Under the pieces are notes generated by a model. It did not search any database. It had not been told where the DNA came from and saw only the letters and a program-made list of their open reading frames with translations. Below are positions 27,278-42,100 of a stretch of 64,000 nucleotides of DNA, in pieces; within the stretch, counting starts at the first letter, position 1, and the number at the start of each line of letters is the position of its first letter. Origin of the DNA: Octopus sinensis (lineage: Eukaryota). The stretch covers positions 65,968,001 to 66,032,000 of the forward strand of contig NC_042997.1 of the NCBI RefSeq assembly GCF_006345805.1, in the 5' to 3' direction. Made by a program: the position numbers and the translations under genes.

Positions 27278-27603
27278 TATACATGTATATATATATATAT
27301 ATATATACATATATATACATGTGTATATATATACATATATATATATATACATATATATACATGTATATATATATACATATACATATATACATATATATAC
27401 ATATATATACATATACATATATATACATGTATATATATATATACATGTATATATATATATATAACATGTATATATATATATACATGTTATATATATATAT
27501 ACAGTATATATATATATATATATACATGTATATATATATACATGTATATATATGTATATGTATATATATGTATATGTATATATATATATTACATATATAT
27601 ACA

Positions 27604-27630
<27 letters not shown>
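27277..27630. repeat. (TA)n array punctuated by CATG
   Basis: Seen directly. Confidence 0.95.
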
Positions 27631-27634
<4 letters not shown>

Positions 27635-28299
27635 GATGTACACACATATACACATTTCATCCATATAAAAAAATCAGGGGTATGAAACTGCAATTATACC
27701 CATTATGCAAGGGCTTCATGAAAAGACCAATAGGTGAGATTAGGGTATTTGTAACCGGTCAAGGAACAGCACACGGGTTTCACTGTATTTCATATATTAG
27801 GTCAAACATTATGAGTTAGGTACAGTAGTTGAACCTGTTCCAACCATGCCCATTATAGAAAGACAAATTCACAGAATATCCTTTCCTTTCTAAGTATTAT
27901 ATACAAATACTGAAATCTCATACTGTATCTCTCTTTAAAAAGTTCTTTTCTAAATTTCTTTCTTTCTTATTCTGTTATCTTTTGATCAATTTGTTTCCCT
28001 ACTTTCTTCACTATCCAGCTATGATATCTGTAGCATCTCTTTCACCTACAGCAATGCCCAATCACAATATCCGAAAAACCAACAAAAGGATGGAAATGAA
28101 GATTTTTCAACATCAAATAGCAAGACATATTGAGATAAACAAACAAGTGAAAAGTAAATAGATATGTGTTTCTCTGCAAAGGGAACTGAAGAGGTGTAAG
28201 AAAAGATGATGATGGTGTTGATGGCAGTGGTGGTGGGGTAGGTCGTTGTGCTAGCAATAGCAAGAACAACAACAACAAAGACCATAAAAAGAGAAGACA

Positions 28300-28495
28300 A
28301 TAAATGAATGAGGAGAGGAGTGAGGAGAGGAGTGAGCAGAGAGAGGGGGGAGGAGGAAGAAGAAGAAGAAGAAGAAGAAGAAGAAAAAGAAGAAGAAGAA
28401 GAAGAAGAAGAAGAAGAAGAAGAAGAAGAAGAAGAAGAAGAAGAAGAAGAAGAAGAAGAAGAAGGAGAAGGAGGAGGAGGAGGAGAAGCAGCTAC
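28300..28495. repeat. (GAA)n/(GAG)n purine tract
   Basis: Seen directly; source of the poly-R and poly-E pseudo-ORFs. Confidence 0.95.
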
Positions 28496-29565
28496 AGCAA
28501 TGATTTGAAGGATGTAAAACAGAAAATAAACATTGTCAAGAAGTCTGAAGAAAATCTGCCCGTTTGAAGAATTTTAAGGGAAATTGTCTTCTCAGATTAA
28601 TTTCTTGATTTTTGAGCCACTTTAACAGAAACGAACACAGTCAAACGGATTCTTCATCTGTAGAATTAATTAACGGTAATTTTATTGAAACAAGAAAACA
28701 AATGACATGTTGGCTACTTGAGAAATTCTTTTGTGTAGTTTCCATGACTTTGCAGAGACAAGAGCGAATACAAGGAGTCCTTCAAGAAACACAATGAGAT
28801 CGATTAGGGATTAAGCTGAGATAAAACCTAAAATGGTAACGGAGTAGAATTGCTGTTGTCATCATTGTTGTTGATCATCAAAGATGTTCAAGCTATAATC
28901 ACACTATTTTACCAAAGTTATCTTGGACTACATCATCTAATGTGCTTTTTCTTTTTATATTGTTACCTGGGGGGGAGGTTAGATGTTTTTTTTAGCTGGC
29001 ATAGTGTGATTCTTGAGATAACAAATGCTGGCATGACTATGTAGTTAATTTAACTGTGAATCCATCTGGTTTCAGGCTCTATCACAAGAGTGTGGCACCT
29101 TGAGCAAGTCTCTCCATCATATAAAAAGAATCTATTATACATATACTTATATATGAATGAATGAATGCATGTGTGTGTGTGTGTGTGTATCATCATCATA
29201 TATATATATTTATATATATAAAGTTGATAGGAGAACTCAATAAGTGCAGGCATGGCTACATGGTAAGAAGTTTCCTTCCAAGCCACATGGTTCAGGATTC
29301 ACTCACATTGTGTGACACCTAGGACAATTCTCTTCCATCATAGCCTTGCAAGTGAAGTTGAGTGATGGAAAACTGAAAGACGCCTATCATACATACATTT
29401 AAATTCTTCTTGTTAATAAGGAGCTGGTTTCTAACAAAAATACAAAGCTCTATCATTGGAATGTAGATAACAAAAACAGTGTCACATTTTAAACTTGAGA
29501 TAGTGGGGGAGACAAACACAGACGCACAAACATATACATACATACATACATACATACATACATAC

Positions 29566-29622
<57 letters not shown>

Positions 29623-29788
29623 CAATAAGAAAATGGATGGGATCAATAGGTGGTTCATCAACTTTTAGACATATGTCAACTTATTTACTAAAAACTTGTA
29701 ATAACTTATTTCTCATATGCATTATATTAAAATAATATCCCCTTAGTATATCACTTTAACCATAAATCCATATGTGTGTCTCTGTGTG

Positions 29789-29828
<40 letters not shown>

Positions 29829-32800
29829 TTCACCTTTTCAACTACTTTTTATTTTGTTTACAATTTGTTTTATTTCATTGGTTATCAATTAACCAACCAT
29901 AACTCAGACAAAGCAATTCAAAATTTTGATGACCAATTAGATTAAGTAAATGAATAAAAGTAACCCCTCCCCACTTCCCGTAAGATTTAAACTACTGCAA
30001 AAAGAAAAAAATAACGAAGTAATAAGCATACCACGTTTCTATATGTAAATACAAATTAGTCTGCGTATTATTGTTGTAGTTATATTTATAACGATACAAA
30101 CTAATACACCGATTCTACATTCCAAAACACATATAATACGTATATACATATAAGTATGTTTGAATGGAAAAATATATATGTATATATAAATTTGTGCCTG
30201 TAAGTATATGTGCATATGCATATATACGTTCCCCATGTGTATGCAGTTTCGTTCTGACATAACTGTAATAATTTTAAGATATATTGATTGCAAAATTACT
30301 ATTCTTATAACTTTCAAAAATCTCTTTATATTTTATATTCTATATTTTATCTAATATGAATAATAGAATGCATCTAATATTAATAATATTAATAATAATT
30401 GATTATTGTGTATGCTTGTATATGTAAATATGTATGTACATTTAAGTATATATATAAGTATTTATGTATATTTATATATGTATGTATATGTGTATCTATT
30501 TATAGGTATTTAAATGTGTGTGTATTTTATTTATTTCATATTTATATTTATTTATAACTTAACCTTATGTACTTTATTATCACTGATGAAGCCAAGAGAA
30601 ACACCCAAGTACCTCAACTTCATCTACTTATTACTTCAGTCCACTGGAAGAATGAGGTATTTTTGCCTCTATTTACAATAGGCTTCTTTCAGTTTCCATC
30701 TACCAAATATACTCACAAGGTTTCAGTCTGCCCAAGGCTACAGTAGAAGATACCTGCCCAAAGTACCATGTAGTGGGACTGAACCTGGAACCATGTGGTT
30801 GGGAAGCAAACTTCTTACCACACAGCCACTCCTAAAAATTCTTCGAGGCAGTACCCCAGCATGGCTACAGCCTGATGACTGAAACAAGTAAAAGATAAGG
30901 GATGCCAACAACCCCAAATGACCACTGACTAGAATTCCTCATTAGCCCTTTAGCATTCAGATTACTTTGTCAAATGCAAGGCTTATTCATGTTGTTTTGA
31001 TTTAATCATGCATTTACTCACAGCTTTGAGATTTCAATGATGCAATTCTTTATATTTAGAATGACATTGTAGGGTAAATAAGAGAGGCTGAATTTGGCTG
31101 GTTTGAACATAAAACTGGTAGAATATGTGGGTCTGATATGGCCAGTTTAAATGCTAAAGGGTTAAGCAAAGAGATGCATCAGTTAACAACCCTCTACATA
31201 TGTAAGGTAAGAGGCATATTGAAGCATTGATCACAAAATACCCTGTTCAAGACTACATCCCAAAACAGGTTGTCTAACTGATTAGTGGATCACCAACACT
31301 TACAGACATGTTATTAGAGGCAGTTAAAAGTATAGTAGTGAGCACTACCCAGCCTAAGCCCATCTGATGCACCAGCTTCTACATTTTGTCATCACTAACA
31401 GGTCCCACATTCTAAATGGGAAGGAAGGAAGAAAGGATTTTAACAGATGGGACTGACAGAATAATTACTCTTTTACTCTTACTTGTTTCAGTCATTTGAC
31501 TGTGGCCATGCTGGAGCACCACCTTTAGTTGAGCAAATGATCCCCAGGACTTATTCTTTGTAAGCCTAGTACTTATTCTATCAGTCTTTTTTGCTGAACT
31601 GCTAAGTTACGGGGACATAAACACACCACCATCGGTTGTCAAGTGATGTTGGGGGGACAAACACAGACACACAAACATATACACACACATACATATATAA
31701 ACATATACGCGACGGGCTTCTTTCAGTTTCCGTCTATCAAATCCATTCACAAGGCTTTGGTTGGCCCAAGGCTATAGTAGAAGACACTTGCCCGAGGTGC
31801 CACGCAATGGGACTGAACCCAGAACCATGTGGCTGGTAAGCAAGCTACTTACCACACAGCCACTCCTGCACCTTTAAAGAATAAGGAAAGTGCTAGGGTC
31901 AATTTGTCCAACTAAACCCTTCAAGGCAGAGCTTTGGCACTGGCTGCATTTCAATGACTAAAGCAAATATAAAAGATAAAAGGTACCTTATCTACGTCAT
32001 GTGCTCTTTATTTTAATCTATTTCAAAGCAGCAAGTCGGCAGAATTGTTAGCACACAAGGAAAAATGCTTATCAGTATTTTGCTCATCTTTACTCACTGA
32101 GCTCAAATTCTGTCACGGTTGACTTTGCCTTTCATTCTTTTGGGTTTGAGATAATAAGTACCAGTTAAGAACTGGGGTCAATGCAATAGACTAGCTCCAC
32201 TCTCATGAACTTGCTGGCCTTGTGCCAAATTTTGAAACCAATATTTTAATATATTTTAAGGCAGCCAGCTAGCAGAATCGTTAGCATGCCAGGCAAAATG
32301 CTCAGTAGCATCTTGTAAGTCTTTACATTTTGAGTTCAAATTACGCTGATGTCGGCTTTGCCTTTCATCATTTTGGTGTCAATATATAAGCACCAGTTGA
32401 ACATAAGGGTCAATGTCATTGACTTACTCCTTCCCTCAATCTTGCCGGACTTGTACCAAAATGTGAAACTGATATTTTAATGTATTTTAAGGCAACAAGC
32501 TGGCAGAATCTTTAGCTTGCCAGGCAAAATGTTCAATGGTATCTCATCCGTCTTTACATTTTGAGTTCAAATTCCAAAGAAGTCGACAGTGTTTTCCATC
32601 GTTTCAGGGTCAATAACATAAGTATCAAATAAGCGCTAGAGTCAATGTAATCAACTAGCACCACTCCTGAAATTGCTGGCCTTGTGCTAAATTTTGAATC
32701 CAATATTTTAATGAATTTTATGCTATTAACTACTATGCTACCTTGAGGGCAATGTAATTTCATATATAACGTAATCCCACTAATTTTGGACTTCAAAATC

Positions 32801-33540
32801 AGAAATATATTTTACACCCTTATCTGTTTTTTAAAGTTTAACGTGACTCCTGAAAATCTGATCCCTGGTGTTAAGCACATTAAATTTCTCACACTATGCA
32901 TGAGTAAATATGGTATTTCTGGTTACTTCTGGAATGAATATCAAAACGAAGTAATTAGTCTCTATATGTGTGAGTATATCTTTGGTGCATTTTATTTCTC
33001 CTGCAATTTATTTCATTGTTTTGTGTTTTATATTGCACATGTTGAATTATCAAATAATTTGCTACAAGAGGAAAATTTAAAAAAAAACAAATTTCCTTCT
33101 TAAATCTTGATAACAAAAATTTTCCCTCTGTATGGTCTAGAGATTTCTAAGATACCAAGACAAACAATTGAACAAAAAAAAAATGAATAAATAAACATGA
33201 GTGACATTTCATTTCTTGAAAATTTGATATTGTGGATGGCTCAGGTGATGATGATGATAATGATGATGGTGGTGGTTATCCAGTTGTAAAATCCATCTGA
33301 GAAGTAAAAAACACAGTGAAGATGCCTGTGTGAGAATGTGTGTGTGTGTAAGAGAGAGAGAGATAGTGAAGGACCATAAGAAGTAAAACACAGAACTATA
33401 CATCCTATGCAAGCATAGAGACAGACTTAGTGATGGTGGTGGTGGTTGTTGTTGTTGTTGTGGCGGTGGTGGCGGTGGCGGCAGCACTGATGCATGCTAA
33501 AAAGAAATACGACAAATGATTTAAACAGTAACAAACTTAC

Positions 33541-33624
33541 CGGGAAAGGCCTCAACAGGATGTAGTAAGCCATCATCTTGCAACTCATAGAGTTCTTCAT
33601 CATCATGTATTTCTGGTTCCAAAT
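33541..33624 (-). CDS. Exon B: (N)LEPEIHDDEELYELQDDGLLHPVEAFP, acidic linker
   Basis: Acceptor ctattacctcttttcag and donor gtaagt. 84 nt, phase 1-1, no stops. Confidence 0.85.
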
Positions 33625-33824
33625 CTGAAAAGAGGTAATAGAGATACATAAAGTTGGTTATCAATTAAAACTGTAGCAGAAAAAGCAATACCAAATATGG
33701 TAACAGTTGCATAGTAGGGCATGTTGGGAGGTGGGTCCAGGGTATGTAACAGGCTTCTTTCAGTTTCTATCAATGAAATCCACTTACTGTGTTTTATATA
33801 TACATACACACATGTACGTATATA

Positions 33825-34041
33825 TGAGGGGGTGCTGAAAAGTCGCTGGCTTTGGGTAAAAGAAAATACAGGAGGATCAGTTAATTATGATTTTATTTAA
33901 CATATCCCGTTCTCAGATTCACATACTTATTGCAGTGGTCCTTCAGTTTTTCTAAGTCCTGTAAAAAGAACTCTGATGGTTGGGCTTCCAACCAGGCCTT
34001 TCATGATACCCTTAAAGCCAGGAACTTTTCAGCACCCCATG
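33825..34041. mobile_element. mariner-type MITE
   Basis: Imperfect TIRs of about 28 bp (tgagggggtgctgaaaagtcgctggcttt / aaagccaggaacttttcagcaccccatg) flanked by TA. Confidence 0.8.
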
Positions 34042-34050
34042 TATATATAT

Positions 34051-34102
<52 letters not shown>

Positions 34103-34772
34103 TATATTATATTATATTATAAAAGCACTCAGTCCATTCTGTGGTGTGGTTGGTGTTAGGAAGGGCACCCAGCCATAAAAACCATGCCAAAACAGACACA
34201 GAAGTTCAGTGCAGTCTTCAGCCTGGCCAGCTCTTGTTAAACCATCTGACCCATACCAGCATGGAAGGTGGTCATTAAATGATGATAATGATTATATCAT
34301 CATCATTTAATGTCCATTCTCCATACTGCAAGCCCCATGAACACTCATATGTGTGAATAGATGCATACATGTCACACACACACACACACACACAAACCAA
34401 CAAATATTTCACAAGATCTATAGACTGAAATTGGATACATGATGCCACAAATAGGTATAATTTCCCAAGTGTCACACTCACAAACACAGACACACACATG
34501 AATAAACATTAAACATACACACAAACATATTCTAACACATACACCAACGTAGCTTGAAGATTAACAAAATCCAATATGCTTTGTTCTTGCTACGGCTACT
34601 GCTGCTACTGGCATTGTTGTTGGTGTTGTAAGAATTATATTTTTGCTTTGCATTCTTGTCCTTGTATTTATTTATTTATTTATCTATTGCTTTTTTCCTA
34701 TCTTTTGTTTCTAAAAAGATCAAAGATAAATTACAGTAAACATTCTAGTCAGGCTGATATTTATACACATAC

Positions 34773-34825
<53 letters not shown>

Positions 34826-35099
34826 TATATATATATACATACATATACATATACACACACACACATATATATACATATATACACATACACACACATACAT
34901 ACATATATATATATATACACATACATGCACACACACACATACATGTACATATTTGTACATAAATATTATTGAATCAAATCAAGAAATTTTTGTAAGCATG
35001 AATTACTATCAATAAACATTTACATCCGGAAACCAGAAATCTAAACAACTCTGCAGATACACCAAGTGTTTCATACAAAATGTCGAGTCAAACTCAAAG

Positions 35100-35155
<56 letters not shown>

Positions 35156-35639
35156 CCATATATTGAATTTAAAGCAAAACAGTTTCAAAATGTGTATATG
35201 TTGTTGGGTATTTTCAATGGTATTTGAACATCATTCCCACTTAAGGGAAGAAAAATTGAAACTGATCCCTGGTCAAGCAATTACATATAGCCAAAAAAGG
35301 GTTTCTTTTGTTGCTGTTGTTGTTATTGTTTAACTCTCAGTCACTCCTGACTGAGCTGATATATGATCAAAGGTGTTCCAGCCTTGGTTGATGCAGTAAT
35401 ATATTTGATCATATTAGACCAGTCTAAGTGTACAAGAATGGCATTGATGATGACAGAGATGCTGCCTGGGCTAGGCTGGGTGGCACATATCTTCATTTGG
35501 GTTTATTGTCTAAAATATCCCTATGACCTACTATTTGCTGCCCCACTCCACTTACATTGGGCTCATTGAATAGTTTTAAATCCCTCATCTGCCTCCACCT
35601 GCTCTGATACTCCCCCTCTTTGATACTTACTGATCAATC

Positions 35640-36060
35640 ATCTGTCTCTGTCACTCACACTCACACTCTGTCACTCACTCTCTCTCTCTTTTGCTCACCC
35701 TCACCCCCTGCTACTCAGACTCTCTCACTTACCCTATCTCTCTCTCACTACCCTATCTCTCTCACTACCCTATCTCTCTCTTATTACCCTCTCTCTGTCA
35801 CCATCTCTTTCTGTCACTCACCCTCTATTTTTCTCTCTCTCTCACATTTACCACCCTGTAACTCACCCGCCTCTATCACTCACCCCTTCTTTCTCAATAC
35901 CCTCTCTCTGTCACTCACCATATCTTTCTCTCACTCATTCTCTATTTCTCTCTCTCTCTCATTTACCATCTCTCTGTTGCTCACTCCCTCTCTCTCTATA
36001 ACTCACCCTCCTCTATCACTCACCCTTTCTCTTATCCTGTCTCTTCACTCTATCACTGTA
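35640..36060. repeat. CT-rich low-complexity tract built from ctcac/ctctct units
   Basis: Seen directly; source of the S/L/H-rich pseudo-ORF 35620-36087. Confidence 0.85.
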
Positions 36061-36539
36061 ACACTATATTTATTACTCCTTCATTGACTTGCCATCTTAC
36101 CAATCTATACTACAATAATAAAACTGAAAGGATAATACTAATCAGTTATTAATATTTTTGAAATTTTTTCTCCCTCTTATTAAGGCCTAACATTAGCCAA
36201 AAAACGAGCCTATACATGGCTTTACTTTAGTATTTAATCCAGCCATATCCGGCACAGATATTCTACCCGTTTTATGTTAAAACTGATCTGATCCAACGTC
36301 TTACACTTACTCTACAATGTCATATTAAAAATATACAAAAGCATCATTGAAATCTTGAAGCTACAAGATAATGTATGATTATTTCAGAATAATGTTAAAA
36401 GACAAGCAAATACATTTGATAAAGAAATCTGAATGCTAAAGGGTTAATTCTATTCATACTAATCCTCTGAGATTCCCCTTGTTTCTATGATATAAGGCTG
36501 TCTGTTTTCAAGAATTTATACATAAATTTAATATAATAA

Positions 36540-37205
36540 TAATAATGAAATTATTGCATACAGTGCTCAGGTGCACCACAACTTGTCAAAAGTGCATATA
36601 AAGCATATGCAGTAATGTACAAATGTATGGGAAGTGGACAGTGTATGAGTCAGATACATGTTTGCGTGTGTATGGAGGGAAGAAAATCAGGTGTAGTGTT
36701 GGCGAATGTCAGGAAGCATGGAAGTTTTGAAGGATGCAGTGCTCCGACAACTAACAACTGATGCCAGCAGTTTGTTCCATACTTCAGTAACTCTTAGCAT
36801 GAAAAAATGTTTCCGAAAGTCATGGGAGCTGTTCTGTTTTCTGACTTGATAAACATGTCCACAGGTGTTAGACAGGTGAAGTTTGAAAAGGTGCTCAGAG
36901 TTATTGTTTGTAAGATGGTTAATAATTTTATGGGGGTCTGCCAAGTCAGCTGCCAAACATCGGAGTTTCAATGCCCAGGGAAGTAAGGGTTCAGAATATG
37001 GCAAATGCCTGATGGAGAGTATTCTCTTGGTTGTATGTCGCTGAACGGTTTCCAGACGATTAATATCCTGGGCAAGATAGGGGTTGCAGACCGGTGATGC
37101 AAATTCCAGGTGAGGCCGCACCATAGCTATATAAAGCCTCAGACAGATAGCCAGAGAGCAGCTCACAAAGGACTTGGAAACCTTTTGAACATCAACTGCC
37201 TGATG
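36540..37205 (-). mobile_element. CR1-clade LINE 3' end
   Basis: Track ORF 36687-37166: LYIAMVRPHLEFASPVCNPY...RLETVQRHTTKRI...FFMLRVTEVWNKL, then a 3' UTR and an (ATT)n tail. Confidence 0.9.
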
Positions 37206-38055
37206 TTATGATAAAAGTTCTGTATTTAAAGTGATCAAAAATAAAACCTTCTATCAAAATTTCATTTTAGTTTATATTCTGAACATGAACTTAATAATGT
37301 TAAAGTTATTTTACTGAATTCTTTTTCCTTTTTAAGATTATCTGAAACAAAGACAGTGTATTTCCACAGAAACATGGTGACAAAAGGGTTAAACATTCTA
37401 TCAATATTTTATATAAGAAGGAAGTGAGCTGACAGAATCATTAGCACACCAGGCAAAATGCTTAATGGCATTTCATCCATTTTCCCATTCCGAGCTTAAA
37501 TTCCACCAAGGTTAACTTTCCCTTACATCTTTTTGGGAGTTGATAAAATAAGTACCAGTTGAACAGTAGGCTCAATGTAATCAATTAGTCACCCTTGCCC
37601 CAAAATTTCAGGCCTTGAGCCTTTAGTAGTAAGGATTATTATTATTATTATTATTATATTATTATTATTATTATCATCATTATTAAAGTGGCAAACTGGC
37701 TTAGCAGTTTTCATCCATCTTCATGTTCTGAGCTCAAATTCCACTGAGGACAACTTTGCCTCTCGTTCTTTTGGGATCAATAAAATAAGAACCAGTTGAA
37801 CACTGGGGTCAGTGTAATCAACTTGCCCTACAACTCCCCCAAAATTTCCGACCAAAATTTGAAACCAATATTTTATATAAGATCTCTCTGTAATTTTGTG
37901 TCTCAAATTCCTCCTTAATGATGGAAAAGTTAGCTATTTCAGTTAAGCTCTCCACTTATTTATTTATTTCCAGAAATTAATTGAAGCACGGAGATGAAAT
38001 TTTTTTTCAGAAAAAGTCACAAGAGGGTAAATGATTTAAATATTTGGTCACTTAA

Positions 38056-39172
38056 CCCTTTCATTACTATATTTCTGACCAAAATACACCCCTCATGAGT
38101 TTCAATTAAATTCTAAAATAATCATGAATCTAGGCTTGTTTCATTAAATAACTGTAACATTTTTACTTATCAACATATTAATGTGATATTTGGAACATAA
38201 TTAAAGAAAGGGTTCTTAATCAATTCTATTGCATAACTTTTGTCTCAAAGTGACTTTAATTACAGGTAAATCCAGGTAAATTGAGCAAAAGGTAAAAATA
38301 TTAAAATTTTAAATTGAGGAAAAGGTAAAAATATTAAAATTTTGTTTAAACATCACCATAGAAAATGAATCATCAGCTAATATTAAAATGGGTATGCAAC
38401 AAAATTTTGATAAAGAAGAATTGTGCACATCACTATATCATCAGTTGAATTTAATGCACAACAGGTGTACCATAAAGGTGGAATAAAGTGAAATACTGGA
38501 ATCCACCGCAAGTTTGACCGAACTAAAGAAATCGGTCAAAAAATACTATACAGCCCTGGTTATGGTATGGAAGTGATAAATTCCAGACCACATCGTTCCC
38601 TAGGCCATGCTGACTAACATTATTTTCCCTGTATAAAAACTAAATCCACGCAGTACCCAGTATTTGCTTCACAAATTTTCCAAAATTTGAATCCCCATTT
38701 TGTGTTTGTTTATATTTTGCGTAAGTTTGTTTCCGCATTGATTGTTTCAAACAATAACTTCCAGACCATATCGTTCCTTAGGCCATGCTGACTAACATTA
38801 GTTTCCCTGTATAAAAACTAAATCCACAACAGTACCCAGTATTTGGTTCACAAATTTTCCAATTCGGAATCAATGCTTGATAACATGAAACTCCAATCCA
38901 TTTTCAAAGTTGAAGAAAAATCGATGCCGAAAAAAATGTGGAAAAAAATCTCCCAAAATTCAGGGAATTAAAATTACACGTCGATCATTGTACAAAACTG
39001 TAGATGAACTGTTTATGAAGTATAATCACGTGTTTTCACGAATGTACTAAAGAGATTTGCTCTGATATTCTCATTTAAATATGAATAGGTAAATTCGGGC
39101 AGCTTTGGGCGGTTTGGTCACATTAACCAAAATTTTTTTCGGGCGGCTTTGGGCAGTTTGGTAATGAAAGGG
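38056..39172. mobile_element. 1.1-kb non-autonomous piggyBac-like element
   Basis: TTAA (38052-55), CCCTTTCATTAC ... GTAATGAAAGGG, TTAA (39173-76). No transposase ORF. Confidence 0.75.
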
Positions 39173-42100
39173 TTAATAATGGCTAATTTTTCAGTCTAAT
39201 TCTCTCCCTTTTCTGCCACTCTGCTGGCCTTAACCTTCAAAATAACATATTATTATTTTTTTTTTTCATATTGGAAACAAAATAACAATGTTGAATTAGT
39301 GCAGTGAAGGTAACTGAACCAATCAGATGAAATGAACATCAGAGATGCTGTACTCCTTGCAGAGACTGGAGTAGCTAACTCAGTGGTATTGTAAGCTCTT
39401 CTTCTGAATCTATGGCAACACTGGAAATATTTCCATATCATCAGTAGATAAGTCACAAGCATTTTACCCCTAAGTCTATACACTTCACCTGTATGGGACA
39501 ACAAGGACTGAATTAGTCTTCACCAAACACAGCTGCTATGACTTAGTTTCAGCTGCCCTGTCTAATTATTTGGTGACTAACTTCTGTTGTTTGGCTTCCA
39601 GACCAATCTTCTGCAAGAAATATGACAATAATCTAGCAGGAAAACCACAACTGCCAACATCAATAAGGAAAGTGGTGATGTGTCATCCTTTGATAAAGGC
39701 CTTGTCAACCAAATCCTGATATTCGGTTTACTTAAGCTGGTGAGAAGTGTTGAGCCTGTCCTCTCAAGGCATTGCAAAGTTCAATACATAACAGGTATTT
39801 GACAGTTTCTTTATTGAAAGTGGATGGAACACATGGAAGTGGGAGACCCAAGAAGACATGGGATGAATTACTGAAGAACAACCTCAGGAAGCTGAACTTT
39901 TCAGGCAAGACGACAAAGGACTGAGATACCTAGTGCCTAGTCGTACTCAAGAAGACCCTGCAGCGGAGGTGTTATGACTGATCTTTCTGGCAGTGTAAAG
40001 CATTCATGGTGATGCCACATAAAAGTGCTCATGTGGTGTCATGTAAAAGTACCCATGTGGTGTCACATAAAAGTGCCTGCACAGTATCATGTAAAAGCGC
40101 CTGTGCAGTGCCACATAAAACTGCCCGTGCATCGCTAGTTAGCATTAGGAAGGGCATCCAAATCAGACTGGAGTCTGGTGCAGCCCCAAGTTTGCCGGCT
40201 CTAGTCACACCATCCAATCCATGCCAGCATGAACAACAGACATTAAATGATGAGATAATGATGAAGGAAATGCAAAAGTCAATCCACAGCTGGATTTGAA
40301 CTTGGAACATAAAGAGAAGAAAATGAATAGCCAGTTCGGTTAGATGTTCATTTGGTATGGCACTTTAACATTTCTGCTACCTTCTTTAGATTTGACAATA
40401 ATAAACATAGTATCTGTTTAATTTATTCAGCTCTGCTAACTAACTGCACTGGAAATTAAGATCAGATTAATGAGGCAGTAGCTAATTTAGTTACTCTCAG
40501 AAGGAAGTAAAGTGTTCTTTGTTAATTAGTACCGTATCAATCAAATATTCTCTTTAGAACACATTCAATAATTTGTTCTCATTTACGTTTTTTAACAAAA
40601 TAACAAAGAAAAGTAGCTAAGAGATCCTTAAATGAAAGATCGTAACAAACTGCAATAACTAGGATCAAATCACAAGTCAGTCTATTCAGAAACTAAATTC
40701 TCTGTTATGACTCAAATACAACAGAATTAGATAATATAAATGTGAAACCAGCACAAAAGGAAAGATTTTATTCAAACATGCACACATGCACACAATTATG
40801 GAAGAAAGAGATAAAATGATTATTTGTTCATCTTAATCAAATATTCGCATTATTGGAGCAAAAAATTAAATATTTCTTTTACCTTAGAAAAATAAATTAA
40901 AATAATTTTATCCTTGAGTCATTGCATGTATATACAAATATGCATTTATTGCTATATATATATAAGTAATCACGTAAATATACACTAACATAGATTTATA
41001 GAGACACATACACAGGTTTGGTAAGGTGTAGTTGAAACACATATACACATGTATGTATTGATATATGCAGGTTTCTATATATATATATATAATGTATGCA
41101 TATGAGTATACACACACACACACACATATATGCATATGAGTATACACACACACACACACATACATATATACACACGCACGTGTGTGTGTATACACATATT
41201 TAAAATCACAAATTGCTTCAAGTCAGAATCATATACAGAAGCCAATAAACAAAAGCCAACAAAGAGAACATAAAGAAGAACCATAGATGTGACATGAACT
41301 TTAGAGCATTTATACAATGTGATGTCCTACCATTCACACTACACACACACAAATACACACACACTATCAGCATCATACACCCTGGGGCAGGGTAGATCTT
41401 ACTGAATTGCTTTGATAATGAACAGAATGGAAAACAAAAAAACGAGGATATTAATTTCCTGACAGAGTTTCTTGGAGAGAAAAGCAGAATCAACTGGCAA
41501 TGAAATGCTTGAGGGTAAAAGCATGTTGATATGAGAAATTATACAAATGTTTGCTTATACATTCAAAGAAGATGATACTGTCAGATGAGGTGGTAGTCAA
41601 TGACATATAGCACTGCACGCATCCACTCTTTTCTGTTATGGTAATATGATAATTGAGTTTAATAAAATGTAAAAAGGGAAAAAAGACAACAACGGCAAAC
41701 AATGTTGTTACAAAGGCAAAGAGAATCATAGTCTTAAAAGAAAACATACCAAGATTTTAATATGCTTCTGCCGATGACTGTATTAATAAAAGTGGTATTG
41801 ATGGTGGTAGTGGTGGTGGTGGTGGTAGTATTTTATTGTGGGAGTTTAAAGAAAGAAAGGAGCAAGACAAGTATGAAAACAATAACAGTGTGTCAGTTGA
41901 GATAAAGGCAGCAATTAATAAGATAACATATCGTGTTCTTAATTCCACACACAAAAAAAATTAACATACCTTATTAGCATCATCATCATCATCATCATTA
42001 TTATTATTATTATTATGATTATCATTATTATTATAATCATCATCATCATCATCATCATCATTACTGGTTTCAAATTTTGACACAAGGCCAGCAATTTCAG

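Noticed and set aside
25494-27640. CRISPR-like or coded repeat-spacer array
   Set aside because: Spacers are only variable-length TA runs with no unique sequence; it is a higher-order microsatellite.
30575-30620. ctgatgaagccaagagaaac, as a hammerhead core
   Set aside because: No stem III or cleavage triplet, and no stem I partner.
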